In this document: in pieces, positions 1 through 9,468 of the stretch | Numbering within the stretch: position 1 is the stretch's first letter | How the letters are laid out: the number at the start of each line of letters is the position of its first letter | NCBI GenBank assembly: GCA_028713935.1 | Contig: JAQTNI010000006.1 | Location: 5,890 to 37,889, forward strand | From: Candidatus Iainarchaeum sp. | GTDB taxonomy: Archaea; Iainarchaeota; Iainarchaeia; Iainarchaeales; GCA-2688035 | Direction: 5' to 3' | Length of the DNA: 32,000 nucleotides | Position numbers and translations under genes: made by a program | Notes under the pieces: model-generated | Database searches by the model: none | Told to the model about the DNA's origin: nothing | What the model saw: the letters and a program-made list of their open reading frames with translations, nothing else

Positions 1-1868
1 ACCTCTGGGATTTGCTGCAGTACCACGTAACAACATATTTTGACAACAATACTGCGGGAGTTCCGCCTGCAAAACACAGGAGTGGCCGCGCTTTAAGGAC
101 TCTTGTGCAGAGGCTGAAGGGAAAAAAAGGAAGATTCAGGCACAACCTGACAGGAAAAAGAGTGAATTTTGCAGCAAGAAGCACTATTACTCCAGACCCT
201 TATATTCTTATCAGCGAAGTCGGAATCCCAACGGAAATCGCCAATGAACTGACTGTCCCTGAAATGGTGACGGAATGGAACAAAAAAGAAATCCAGGCGC
301 TTGTGAAAAATACTGACAAATCTGTTTATCTTGTCAGGCCGAATGAAACGAGAAAAAAAATTGATGAGGCAAACAAGCAGGAAGTAATTGAAGAAATTGA
401 CATTGGATTCAGGGTTGAAAGAAAGCTGATGGATGGCGACGTGGTTTTGTTCAACAGGCAGCCGTCATTGCACAGGCTCAGCATGCTGGCGCACACTGCA
501 AGGGTAATGCCGGGAAGGACATTCAGGATGAACCCTATTGTCTGCAAGCCTTACGGCGCGGATTTTGATGGCGATGAAATGAACCTGCATGTGCCCCAGA
601 CAGAAGAGGGAAAAACAGAGGCATTGGAATTAATGTTTGCAAGAAATCAGGTTATTTCGCCAAGATATGGTGCGCCAATAATTGTCCTTGCCGAAGACGG
701 AATTACTGGCTTGTTTGCATTGACAACTCATTCAATGGAATTCACAAGAGAAGATGCAATGGCATATTTTTACGAAATCGGCCTGAAGGAAATTCCAAAG
801 CCTGACAGGGGGAAAAAGTATTCGGGAAAATTGATTTTCAGCCAGTTGCTGCCAAAAGACCTGAATCTGGAATACAAGACATTTACCTGCAATGTCCTGA
901 GAAAAACTGGAATCTGCAATGACTGTGTAAAGGAAAAATGCAGCCATGATGCGTACCTTAAAATTGCAGACGGAAAACTTGTTATGGGCGTAATTGACAA
1001 GGAATCCCTTGGGGAAGGCAGCGGAAAACTTGTGGACGCGCTTGCAAGGCATTATCCAAGCGAAGTCATTGAAAAGTTTTATGCGGGAGCTTCAAGAATA
1101 GTGAGTGATTTGCTTACAAAAAAAGGCATGACAGTCGGCCTTGATGAATATGAAGTGAGCGAGCATATTGAAAAGGAAAAAGAAAAGATTTTCAAGGAAA
1201 CAATTGCAAAAGCAGATGTTTTTGTGCAAAAATACAAAAAAGGAAATCTTGAGCATATTCCCGGAAAAACTATTGAAGAAAGCTTTGAAACATATATTAT
1301 GCGGGCAGCAGGGGAAGCCAAAAGCACTCTTGAAAAAGAAATCATGAAGGAAAAACTTAAGCCTGTGCTGGAAGGGTCATCAAAACTGAATACTATTGCG
1401 ATGATATTGAGTGGCGGAAGAGGCGGAAGCATAAACCTCATGAACATTTCGGGATTCTGGGGCCAGGTTGCAGTCAGGTCTGGAAGGCCAAAAAGGGGCT
1501 TTACTTCAAGGCTTCTTTCATTGAATTACAAGGATGATGTTGGATTGTTCGCAGGCGGATTTTTAAGGGGCAATTTTATCAAGGGAATGGGCGCAGTTGA
1601 ATATTTTTATCACAGCATGGGTGGAAGGCAGGGAGAAGTTGACACTGGTGTTTCAACAAAAGTGTCGGGATACCTTTACAGGAGGCTTGCAAACAGCCTC
1701 AAGGACCTCATGGTGAACAATGACGGCACAGTGAGGACTGCCTCAAAGAACATTGTGCAGTACAATTACGGTGAAGACTCTGTTTTCCCGCAAAAAACAG
1801 TGAAGGGAAAAACCATTGATGTTGACATGGAATTTGTAAGAATGAACACTGAAAAAAAGGAAGACTGA
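1..1868 (+). CDS. rpoA1: DNA-directed RNA polymerase subunit A' (C-terminal ~620 aa; 5' end lies outside the window)
   Basis: Reading frame is open from the window edge. Contains LKGKKGRFRHNLTGKRVNFAARSTITPDP, FNRQPSLHRLSM and the catalytic ADFDGDEMNLHVPQ motif. Followed by rpoA'' as in all archaea. Confidence 0.97.
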   Translation, partial: LWDLLQYHVTTYFDNNTAGVPPAKHRSGRALRTLVQRLKGKKGRFRHNLTGKRVNFAARSTITPDPYILISEVGIPTEIANELTVPEMVTEWNKKEIQALVKNTDKSVYLVRPNETRKKIDEANKQEVIEEIDIGFRVERKLMDGDVVLFNRQPSLHRLSMLAHTARVMPGRTFRMNPIVCKPYGADFDGDEMNLHVPQTEEGKTEALELMFARNQVISPRYGAPIIVLAEDGITGLFALTTHSMEFTREDAMAYFYEIGLKEIPKPDRGKKYSGKLIFSQLLPKDLNLEYKTFTCNVLRKTGICNDCVKEKCSHDAYLKIADGKLVMGVIDKESLGEGSGKLVDALARHYPSEVIEKFYAGASRIVSDLLTKKGMTVGLDEYEVSEHIEKEKEKIFKETIAKADVFVQKYKKGNLEHIPGKTIEESFETYIMRAAGEAKSTLEKEIMKEKLKPVLEGSSKLNTIAMILSGGRGGSINLMNISGFWGQVAVRSGRPKRGFTSRLLSLNYKDDVGLFAGGFLRGNFIKGMGAVEYFYHSMGGRQGEVDTGVSTKVSGYLYRRLANSLKDLMVNNDGTVRTASKNIVQYNYGEDSVFPQKTVKGKTIDVDMEFVRMNTEKKED

Positions 1869-1892
1869 ACCAGGATTTATAAAGTGATTTTT

Positions 1893-3233
1893 ATGGCAAA
1901 AAACAAAAAAGAAGACGTTGAAATTCTTGAAGAAGAAGAGCTTGACGATCTTGAAGATGCGGAAATGGAAGGGAGAAAAGGCAGGGAAGACCTGAGCGGG
2001 GAAGGCGAAGAAGAACCTGAAGAAAGTGCGGAAAAAGAAGGCCCAAAAGTAAAGGAAAAAAAAGGCAGGGACAGGGAAATTCCCGATGCCAAAAAAGAGG
2101 ACTGGGAAGAACAGCCTTTGCCATACTGGGTAATGGCGCAAATTGCTTTTATTGCTGAAAGGGAAAAACTGAGCAAGCAAAAAGTCGAATCGTTAATTGA
2201 AAGGATAAAGGAAAAATTTTCCGACCTGACAGTGGAAGCAGGAGAAGCAGTTGGAATTGTTGCGGCACAAAGCATTGGAGAGCCAGGCACACAGCTTACT
2301 TTGAGGACAAAACACTATGCGGGAGCAGCTGAAGTCAGTGTTGGCTCGGGAATACAGAGAGTTGAGGAAATTGTTGATGGCAGAAGCAAGTCAAAATATC
2401 CCACAATGACAATTTTTTTGAATTCTCCATTGAACAAGGACAGGGAAAAAACAGTTAAATTTGCAAACAAGCTTGTTGAAGTCAGGCTGCAGGATGTTGC
2501 AAAGCTGCATGAGGATTTTGCAAACAGCGTAATCAGCATAGAACTGGATGAAAAAGCCCTGAAAGAGCATTATCTTGACGAAAAAGACATTATTGCAAAA
2601 ATAAAATCAGGGATAAAGCTTGAAGCGCACCAGAAAAAAAATGTTGTGGAATTGAATTTTAAAAAAGAGCAGCTCATAAGGATAAGGAAGGCTATTCTGA
2701 AGCTTATGAATTCAAGGGTACAGGGCATAAAAGGAATTGGAAAAGTTTTGATTGCAGAAGAAGGCAAGGAATTTGTAATAAAAACTTCGGGTTCAAACCT
2801 GAAAGGGGTTTTGAAACTTGAAGAAATTGATTCCACAAGATTGACAACAAACGACATAATGGAAACAAGCCTTGTGCTTGGAATTGAAGCGGGAAGGGCG
2901 CTTGTCGTAAATGAACTGCAAAAAACATTCAAGGACAACAAGATTGCAATTGACATCAGGCATCTCATGCTTTTGGCAGACCTCATGACTTACAGCGGGG
3001 AAGTAAAGGGAATAGTGAGGACAGGCATAAGCAGGGAAAAAGCAAGCCCTTTTGCAAGAGCTGCTTTTGAAGAAACAGTAAAGCACCTTGTTGATGCGAG
3101 TTTCAGGGGCGAAAGCGAAGACCTGCAGGGAGTTGTTGAAAATATTATTGTTGGCCAGCCAGTAAAAGTCGGCACTGGAATTGTTGAATTGGTAATGGAC
3201 AGCTCAAAAACAGGGAAAAGCAAAAAAGAATAG
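1893..3233 (+). CDS. rpoA2: DNA-directed RNA polymerase subunit A'' with an acidic ~75-aa N-terminal extension
   Basis: [28 protein letters not shown] and downstream A'' core. ATG at 1893 (an in-frame GTG at 1884 is an alternative start). Lies 25 nt after the rpoA' stop. Confidence 0.95.
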   Translation: MAKNKKEDVEILEEEELDDLEDAEMEGRKGREDLSGEGEEEPEESAEKEGPKVKEKKGRDREIPDAKKEDWEEQPLPYWVMAQIAFIAEREKLSKQKVESLIERIKEKFSDLTVEAGEAVGIVAAQSIGEPGTQLTLRTKHYAGAAEVSVGSGIQRVEEIVDGRSKSKYPTMTIFLNSPLNKDREKTVKFANKLVEVRLQDVAKLHEDFANSVISIELDEKALKEHYLDEKDIIAKIKSGIKLEAHQKKNVVELNFKKEQLIRIRKAILKLMNSRVQGIKGIGKVLIAEEGKEFVIKTSGSNLKGVLKLEEIDSTRLTTNDIMETSLVLGIEAGRALVVNELQKTFKDNKIAIDIRHLMLLADLMTYSGEVKGIVRTGISREKASPFARAAFEETVKHLVDASFRGESEDLQGVVENIIVGQPVKVGTGIVELVMDSSKTGKSKKE

Positions 3234-3316
3234 CGAAGCATAAGCAATTAAAAAAATTTGGTTTGGGAGATTTGTAATAAGCAAAAAAAAAAAATTTATT
3301 TTGAATGGTTTTTTAT

Positions 3317-3643
3317 ATGGTTGAAATCGACGCTAACAAGGAAATCAGAAGGGCTGTGGATACAGGTTCTGTGAAATTTGGCTTCAAGCAGTCCGAGAAA
3401 AACGTTTTAAAAGGCAATGCTGAGCTAATTATTTTAAGTTCTAACGTTCAAAAGCGCATAAAGGAAAAAATTCAGCATTATTGTGCTTCTGCAAAAATCC
3501 CGATTTTCAATTTTTCAGGAAATTCAGTGGAATTGGGCAGTGTTTGCGGAAAGCCGTTTGTAATTTCTTGCCTTTGCATTGAGAAATCCGGAAAAAGCAA
3601 GGCCTTGGGCCTGGCAAAGATTCAGAGCAGTGAAAACAAATGA
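3317..3643 (+). CDS. rpl30e: 50S ribosomal protein L30e
   Basis: EIRRAVDTGSVKFGFKQSEKNVLKGNAELIILSSN and GSVCGKPF match the L30e/L7Ae fold family. Canonical position after rpoA''. An alternative ATG lies at 3305. Confidence 0.9.
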   Translation: MVEIDANKEIRRAVDTGSVKFGFKQSEKNVLKGNAELIILSSNVQKRIKEKIQHYCASAKIPIFNFSGNSVELGSVCGKPFVISCLCIEKSGKSKALGLAKIQSSENK

Positions 3644-4053
3644 AACTTGGTGCAGATGAGATTTTTTACCTGAACGCTTTGAATTCGATTTCCGGGGCAA
3701 ATGCGAGGGACTGTGTTGTGCAGGGCAACACTGTGAGCTTCATTGTCAGGCCAGGGGAATTGGGCAGGGCAATTGGAAAAAACGCCCTGAACATAGAGCA
3801 GCTGAAAAAAAGGCTGAAAAAAAACATTGAAATTTTTGAATACTCCGAAAACGCAGGGGAATTTTTAAAAAAAGCGTTTTATAACATTGAATTCAAAAAA
3901 ATTGATTCCGTTGAAGAACAGGGAAAAAAAGCCCTTGTGGTCGCGGTTGACGCGGAAAACAGGAGCAAAATGCTCAACAATTCAGGAAAAATAAAAAGAA
4001 TAAAAGAAATCGCAAAAAGGAATTATGGAATAGAGGAAATAAAAATCAGGTAA
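3640..4053 (+). CDS. nusA: Archaeal NusA-like transcription factor (two KH domains)
   Basis: ~137 aa with GELGRAIGKNALNIEQLKKRL (KH GxxG). ATGA start/stop overlap with L30e. Conserved L30e-NusA-S12 synteny. Confidence 0.85.
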   Translation: MKLGADEIFYLNALNSISGANARDCVVQGNTVSFIVRPGELGRAIGKNALNIEQLKKRLKKNIEIFEYSENAGEFLKKAFYNIEFKKIDSVEEQGKKALVVAVDAENRSKMLNNSGKIKRIKEIAKRNYGIEEIKIR

Positions 4054-4081
4054 ATTTTGGAATTAAAAATTTGGTGAAGTT

Positions 4082-4510
4082 ATGGCAAGAGGAGAATTCG
4101 CAGCAAGAAGCCTTGAAAATGACAGGAAAAAATGGCGCTGGAAAGACCCGTATTACAAAAAAAAGAAAGACAGCTCCAAAAAGAAATACGATTTGCTAGA
4201 GGGAGCTCCACAGGCAAGGGGGATTGTGCTTGAAAAAAGAGGCGTAACTGCAAAACAGCCAAACTCCGGAATCAGAAAATGCGTAAGAGTGCAACTTACA
4301 AAAAGCGGAAGGCAGCTTACAGCGCTTGCGCCTTATGACGGCGCAATAAAGCACATTGACGAGCATGACGAAGTAATAGTTGAAGGAATCGGCGGCGCAA
4401 AAGGCGGCCCAAAAGGAGACCTTTGGGGAGTAAAATTCAGGGTTACTCATGTGAATAACCAATGCCTTGAAATGCTGCGCACAGGCAAAAAAGAAAAAGT
4501 GAAAAGGTAA
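4082..4510 (+). CDS. rps12: 30S ribosomal protein S12 (uS12)
   Basis: [32 protein letters not shown] and [18 protein letters not shown] Shine-Dalgarno at 4072-4076. Confidence 0.97.
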   Translation: MARGEFAARSLENDRKKWRWKDPYYKKKKDSSKKKYDLLEGAPQARGIVLEKRGVTAKQPNSGIRKCVRVQLTKSGRQLTALAPYDGAIKHIDEHDEVIVEGIGGAKGGPKGDLWGVKFRVTHVNNQCLEMLRTGKKEKVKR

Positions 4511-4527
4511 AATTTTGTTTATCAAAA

Positions 4528-4583
4528 GTGTAAGTTCTTTTCTTTGGGAAACTTACACTTTCTTTTCTTCCAAGAAAAGAAAG
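4528..4583 (+). repeat. Two adjacent intercistronic hairpins (S12-S7 spacer). The second carries the cttttctt/aagaaaag core of the repeat family.
   Basis: gtgtaagtt (4528-4536) pairs with aacttacac (4550-4558). tttcttttctt (4559-4569) pairs with aagaaaagaaa (4572-4582), followed by gggag. Confidence 0.7.
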
Positions 4584-4593
4584 GGGAGATTTT

Positions 4594-5199
4594 ATGGACA
4601 GCTTGATTTTTGGAAAATGGGACACAAAAGATTTGCAGATAAAAGACCTTGGGCTTGCAAGATACGTGAACCTGAAGGCAAAAACAATTCCGCATACATT
4701 CGGCAGGGTTGCAAAAAAAAGATTTGAAAAAGCAAACATAAGCATTGTTGAAAGGCTGATAAACAAGGTAATGCGCTCTGGCCAGGGAAAAAGAAAAATG
4801 AGCGGAAAATACATAAGAGGAAGAAACAGCTGCGGAAAAAAGCTCCAGGCAATGAAAATCATTGAAAAGGCATTTGAAAGGGTTGAAAGGGAAACAAAGC
4901 AAAACCCCGTACAGGTTTTGATAAAGGCAATTGAAAATTCCGCCCCAAGGGAAGATGTCACAAGAATAAAAAGAGGCGGAGTAATGTACACACAGGCAGT
5001 CGACCTTTCCCCCCTGAAAAGAGTTGACGAGGCATTGAAAAATATTGCATTAGCCGCTTTTTCAGGAAGCTTCAACAACAAGAAAAAAGCCGAAGATGCC
5101 CTTGCGGAAGAAATAATTTCAGCTTCAAAAGAAGACAACAAAAGCTTTTCAGTAAAAAGGCGCGACGAAGTTGAAAGAATAGCAAAAGCGTCAAGATAA
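4594..5199 (+). CDS. rps7: 30S ribosomal protein S7 (uS7)
   Basis: LINKVMRSGQ..GKK, ENSAPREDVTRIKRGG and the C-terminal ERIAKASR are typical of archaeal S7. Follows S12. Confidence 0.97.
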   Translation: MDSLIFGKWDTKDLQIKDLGLARYVNLKAKTIPHTFGRVAKKRFEKANISIVERLINKVMRSGQGKRKMSGKYIRGRNSCGKKLQAMKIIEKAFERVERETKQNPVQVLIKAIENSAPREDVTRIKRGGVMYTQAVDLSPLKRVDEALKNIALAAFSGSFNNKKKAEDALAEEIISASKEDNKSFSVKRRDEVERIAKASR

Positions 5200-5273
5200 A
5201 TTTCTTTTTTGCTTACAAATTTTTTTTGAAAAATCAGAGCCAAATTTTTAAAACAAAAAAAAACGTGATTGCA

Positions 5274-7466
5274 ATGACAAAAAGAGAAGACATGGTTGAA
5301 CTGGCAGAAAAAATGATGGCTGACAGGAAAAACATAAGAAACATTGGGACAGTGGCGCACATTGACCATGGAAAAACAACTTTGTCAGATGCGCTGATTG
5401 CAGCGGCAGGACTCATAAGCCAGGAAGTTGCAGGAACAGCGCAGATAATGGATTACGAGGACCAGGAACAGCAAAGAGGCATAACAATCAATGCCGCAAA
5501 CATTTCACTTGTTTTTGATTATGAAAACGAAAAAACACTCGTCAACCTAATTGACACGCCGGGGCATGTTGATTTTACAGGCGAAGTAATAAGGGCAATG
5601 AGGGCAGTTGACGGAGTAATTGTTGTTGTTGATGCAGTTGAAGGAATAATGCCACAAACTGAAACAGTGATAAGGCAGGCATTAAAGGAATATGTAAAGC
5701 CAGTGCTTTTCATAAACAAAGTTGACAGGCTGATTAACGAACTGAAAGTTTCAGAAGAAGAAATGCAAAAAAGATTTTTAAAAGTCATTGCGGCAATCAA
5801 CAGCCTTATCAGCAAAAATGCAGCAGGCGAATTCAAGGAAAAATGGCTAGTAAACCCAGCAAACGGAAGCGTTGCATTCGGCTCTGCAAAAAGAAAATGG
5901 GCCGTCTCAGTTCCGTATATGCAAAAATCAAAAATCAATTTCAAGCAGATTTATTCCTACCTTAAAAACGATGACCAAAAAAAGCTCGCCGAAATAAGCC
6001 CTGTTTATGAGGTTGTTTTGAAAATGGCGCGAGACCACCTGCCCAACCCCTTGGAAGCACAAAAATACAGGACCAAAAACATCTGGACAGGCGACCTTGA
6101 ATCAGAAATCGGAAAATCAATGCAGGCTTGCGATGAAAAAGGCGAAATAGCAATGATGATTACAGATGTAAGCGTAAATCCCCATGTTGGCGACATTGCC
6201 ACTGGCAGGATTTACTCTGGCACACTGAAAAACGGGGTTATTGTAAAACTCTTGGGAATGCAGAAAGAAATCAGGATACAAAAAGCAGGAGTTTTTATGG
6301 GGCCGGAATTTATTGATGTCACAAAGGCGGAAGCCGGCAATGTTGCGGCAATAGTCGGCTTGAAAGAAGTTTTTGCAGGCGAAACAATTTCCACAATTGA
6401 CATGAAGCAATTTGAAAGCTTCAAATCTTCTGTTGAACCAGTAATGACTGTCAGCGTAGAGGCAAAACAAACAAAAGACTTGCCAAAACTAATCCAGGTT
6501 TTAAGGCAGCTTTCAAAAGAAGACCCAAACCTCAGGACATCAATAAACCAGGAAACAGGAGAACACCTGCTTTCGGGAATGGGCGAGCTTCATCTTGATG
6601 TCAACAGGTACAGGATAGAAGAAACGCACAAAATTCCAATTGCAATGGGAGCGCCGATTGTTGTTTACAAAGAAGCAATTACAAAGCCATCGCAAACACT
6701 TGAAGGAATTTCCCCGAACAGGCACAACAAATTCAAAATGAGAGTGGAACCAGTTCCTGAAGAAATTTTGCTGAAGCTTGTTGAAGCAAAAATAGAGGCA
6801 AAAATAAGGCTAAAAGACAAGGAAATAATGTCAAGGCTGGAAGAATGCGGATTTGAAAAAGAAATGTCAAAAAAAACATGGTGCGTGCACAACAACAATT
6901 TGCTTGTAGATTCAACAAGGGGAATTGTGGCGCTGCATGAAATAAAAGAGCTTGTAATACAGGGCTTTGAAGACGCAATGGACGAAGGCCCTATTGCAAA
7001 AGAAAAATGCTTCGGGGTAATGGTAATACTTGAAGACGCAACTTTGCATGAGGACAGCATTCACCGCGGCCCTGCACAAGTACTGCCTGCAATTACAAGA
7101 ACAATTTTTGCAGGAATGCTTTCAACAGACCACATACTGCTTGAACCAAAACAATTATTGTCAATCACAGTGCCAAGCGATTACATGGGCGCAGTAACAA
7201 AAGAACTTGGGTCAAAAAGGACACAAATTTCAGAAATTCGGACAGAAGGCGACACAACAGTAATTGTTGCAAAAGCCCCTGTAAAAGAACTGATCGGCTT
7301 CAGCGCAGACATGCGCGGAGCAACCCAGGGAAGAGCAGTCTGGACAGCGGAATACGCAGGCTATGAAGTCCTGCCAAGAGAACTGCAAAAAGGCATAATC
7401 ACAGAAGTAAGAAAAAGAAAAGGCCTGGAACCAGAGCCAAAAGCATGGCAATTCTTCCTGGAGTAA
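5274..7466 (+). CDS. fusA: Elongation factor 2 (aEF-2)
   Basis: G-domain AHIDHGKTTLSD, DTPGHVDF, NKVDR, and the diphthamide-site context HEDSIHRGPAQ. ATG at 5274 is preferred over the TTG at 5226. Confidence 0.97.
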   Translation: MTKREDMVELAEKMMADRKNIRNIGTVAHIDHGKTTLSDALIAAAGLISQEVAGTAQIMDYEDQEQQRGITINAANISLVFDYENEKTLVNLIDTPGHVDFTGEVIRAMRAVDGVIVVVDAVEGIMPQTETVIRQALKEYVKPVLFINKVDRLINELKVSEEEMQKRFLKVIAAINSLISKNAAGEFKEKWLVNPANGSVAFGSAKRKWAVSVPYMQKSKINFKQIYSYLKNDDQKKLAEISPVYEVVLKMARDHLPNPLEAQKYRTKNIWTGDLESEIGKSMQACDEKGEIAMMITDVSVNPHVGDIATGRIYSGTLKNGVIVKLLGMQKEIRIQKAGVFMGPEFIDVTKAEAGNVAAIVGLKEVFAGETISTIDMKQFESFKSSVEPVMTVSVEAKQTKDLPKLIQVLRQLSKEDPNLRTSINQETGEHLLSGMGELHLDVNRYRIEETHKIPIAMGAPIVVYKEAITKPSQTLEGISPNRHNKFKMRVEPVPEEILLKLVEAKIEAKIRLKDKEIMSRLEECGFEKEMSKKTWCVHNNNLLVDSTRGIVALHEIKELVIQGFEDAMDEGPIAKEKCFGVMVILEDATLHEDSIHRGPAQVLPAITRTIFAGMLSTDHILLEPKQLLSITVPSDYMGAVTKELGSKRTQISEIRTEGDTTVIVAKAPVKELIGFSADMRGATQGRAVWTAEYAGYEVLPRELQKGIITEVRKRKGLEPEPKAWQFFLE

Positions 7467-7550
7467 AGCTTTTCTTTGCAGAGCAAAGAAAACCTTGGAA
7501 AAGAAACAATTTGCCTCTGGCAAATTGTGGTTCGCTTCGCTCACAAAAAA
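7467..7550 (+). repeat. Repeat-family copy immediately after the aEF-2 stop
   Basis: ttttctttgc (7470-7479) pairs with gcaaagaaaa (7483-7492), then ccttggaaaag. acaatttgcc (7506-7515) pairs with ggcaaattgt (7519-7528). Then ttcgcttcgc..aaaaaaa, which resembles the last hairpin of copies A and B. Confidence 0.65.
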
Positions 7551-7654
7551 ATTAAGCGGCACAAAAAATTTTGGAATATTTTGCAGCCGAAATGCTTTAT
7601 TTTTGGCTTTAAGGCATCGGTTTTTAAAGATTTTGAAAGCCAAACTATTAATCA

Positions 7655-7664
7655 AAAATATAAA
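7655..7664 (+). promoter_or_regulatory. Candidate internal TATA box for tuf
   Basis: aaaatataaa lies ~60 nt upstream of ATG 7724. The leader would contain GGAGGT at 7712-7717. Confidence 0.35.
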
Positions 7665-7723
7665 CGTGTTTCCAATTTTTCCTCTAAAAAATTGGTGGCG
7701 AATTTTTTATTGGAGGTAATTTC

Positions 7724-8995
7724 ATGGCAGAAAAGCCACATCTGAACCTGGTATTTATAGGACACGTAGACCATGGCAAATCAACAACTGTCGGAAGGCT
7801 TTTGTATGATTCCGGAGCCTTGAGCGAACAGGAATACAGAAAAATCAAGGCAGACGCCGACGCCCTTGGAAAAGGCACATTTGCATTCGCATTCGTAATG
7901 GACAGGCTGAAAGAAGAAAGGGAAAGAGGCGTAACAATTGATGTTGCTTACAAAAAATTTGAAGGAAAAAACAATTATTTTACAGTAATTGACGCTCCTG
8001 GCCACAGGGATTTCGTAAAAAACATGATAACTGGCACAAGCCAGGCAGACGCATGCGTCCTTGTTGTTGCAGCAAAAGAAGGAGTGCAGCCACAGACAAA
8101 AGAACACGCATTCCTGGCACAGGTAATGGGCCTAAAGCAGATTATAATTGCAATAAACAAAATGGACGAAGTAAACTACGACGAAGCAAAATTCAAAGCA
8201 GTAAAAGACGAAATGTCAAAACTATTGACAAGCGTGGGCTATAAAATAGACACAGTAAAATTCGTTCCAATTTCAGGCTGGGTTGGAGACAATGTAGCCA
8301 AAAAATCAGACAAAATGAAATGGTACACTGGAAAAACACTGCTTGAATCACTTGATGAATTTAAGGCACCATCATTGCCAACAGACAAGCCATTGAGGCT
8401 TCCATTGCAGGATGTTTACAATATCAAAGGTGTGGGAACAGTCCCAGTTGGCAGGGTTGAAACAGGCATCCTAAGGCCTGGAGACAAAATAATTGTCAAC
8501 CCCCCAGGAGTTGTTGGAGAAGTAAAAACAATTGAAATGCACCACGAACAATTAAAAGAAGCAAGGCCGGGAGACAACATTGGATTCAATGTAAGAGGCC
8601 TGACAAAAGACCAGATAGCAAGAGGAGATGTTGCAGGGCATGAAAAAGACCCTCCGACAGTTGCAAAAGACTTTACAGCACAAATTGTGGTGCTAAACCA
8701 CCCGACAGCAATTCCAATCGGATACACTCCAGTATTCCACTTGCACACTGCGCAGTTGTCATGCACAATCACTGAAATCCAGAAAAAACTTGATGTAAAA
8801 ACAGGGCAAACAAAAGAGGAAAACCCGAAGTTTTTGAAAACAGGAGATGCGGCAATAGTAAAAATTGTCCCTACAAAGCCGGTCGTGGTTGAAGAATACA
8901 AAAAATTCCCACAGCTCGGAAGGTTTGCAATAAGGGATATGGGGCAAACAGTTGCTGCAGGAATTGTTTTAAGCGTAACGCCAAGAACAAAATAA
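7724..8995 (+). CDS. tuf: Elongation factor 1-alpha (aEF-1alpha)
   Basis: [27 protein letters not shown] Shine-Dalgarno at 7712-7717. Confidence 0.98.
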   Translation: MAEKPHLNLVFIGHVDHGKSTTVGRLLYDSGALSEQEYRKIKADADALGKGTFAFAFVMDRLKEERERGVTIDVAYKKFEGKNNYFTVIDAPGHRDFVKNMITGTSQADACVLVVAAKEGVQPQTKEHAFLAQVMGLKQIIIAINKMDEVNYDEAKFKAVKDEMSKLLTSVGYKIDTVKFVPISGWVGDNVAKKSDKMKWYTGKTLLESLDEFKAPSLPTDKPLRLPLQDVYNIKGVGTVPVGRVETGILRPGDKIIVNPPGVVGEVKTIEMHHEQLKEARPGDNIGFNVRGLTKDQIARGDVAGHEKDPPTVAKDFTAQIVVLNHPTAIPIGYTPVFHLHTAQLSCTITEIQKKLDVKTGQTKEENPKFLKTGDAAIVKIVPTKPVVVEEYKKFPQLGRFAIRDMGQTVAAGIVLSVTPRTK

Positions 8996-9018
8996 AAAGT
9001 TGCGCAAACAAACAATGC

Positions 9019-9049
9019 GGAAGTAAAGTTTTTTTTACTTCCTTTTCCC
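9019..9049 (+). terminator. Hairpin plus T-tract after tuf
   Basis: ggaagtaaa (9019-9027) pairs with tttacttcc (9034-9042), followed by ttttccc. The loop itself is oligo-T. Confidence 0.5.
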
Positions 9050-9092
9050 TTAATTTTTAAAAAATTTTTTCAGAAAAAAAAGGTGTATGGGA

Positions 9093-9401
9093 ATGCAAAA
9101 AGCCAGGATAAAGCTCACTAGCCCTGATTTTAAACAGCTTACGGAAATCTGCGGGCAACTGCTTGACGTGGCAGAAAAAACAGGCGTAAAGCATTCCGGC
9201 GCAATCCCATTGCCAACAAAAAAACTCGTTATCCCCACAAGAAAAGCGCCTTGCGGAGGCGGAACAGAAACATACGAAAAATGGCAGCTCCGCATACACA
9301 AGCGCATAATAGACATAGAAGCGGATGAAAGAACACTCCGCAGAATAATGCGGGTGGAAGTCCCGGAAGCAGTGCATTTGGAAATAGAACTCAAAGAATA
9401 G
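9093..9401 (+). CDS. rps10: 30S ribosomal protein S10 (uS10)
   Basis: MQKARIKLTSPD... N-terminus typical of archaeal S10. GGTG at 9082-9085 fits the 9093 ATG better than the 9087 ATG. tuf-S10 synteny. Confidence 0.95.
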   Translation: MQKARIKLTSPDFKQLTEICGQLLDVAEKTGVKHSGAIPLPTKKLVIPTRKAPCGGGTETYEKWQLRIHKRIIDIEADERTLRRIMRVEVPEAVHLEIELKE

Positions 9402-9468
9402 TGCTATTTTTTACACAAGTCAAACAGGGCTAGGAAGATTTTTATTTCTCTGCTGCCTATTATTTCTG

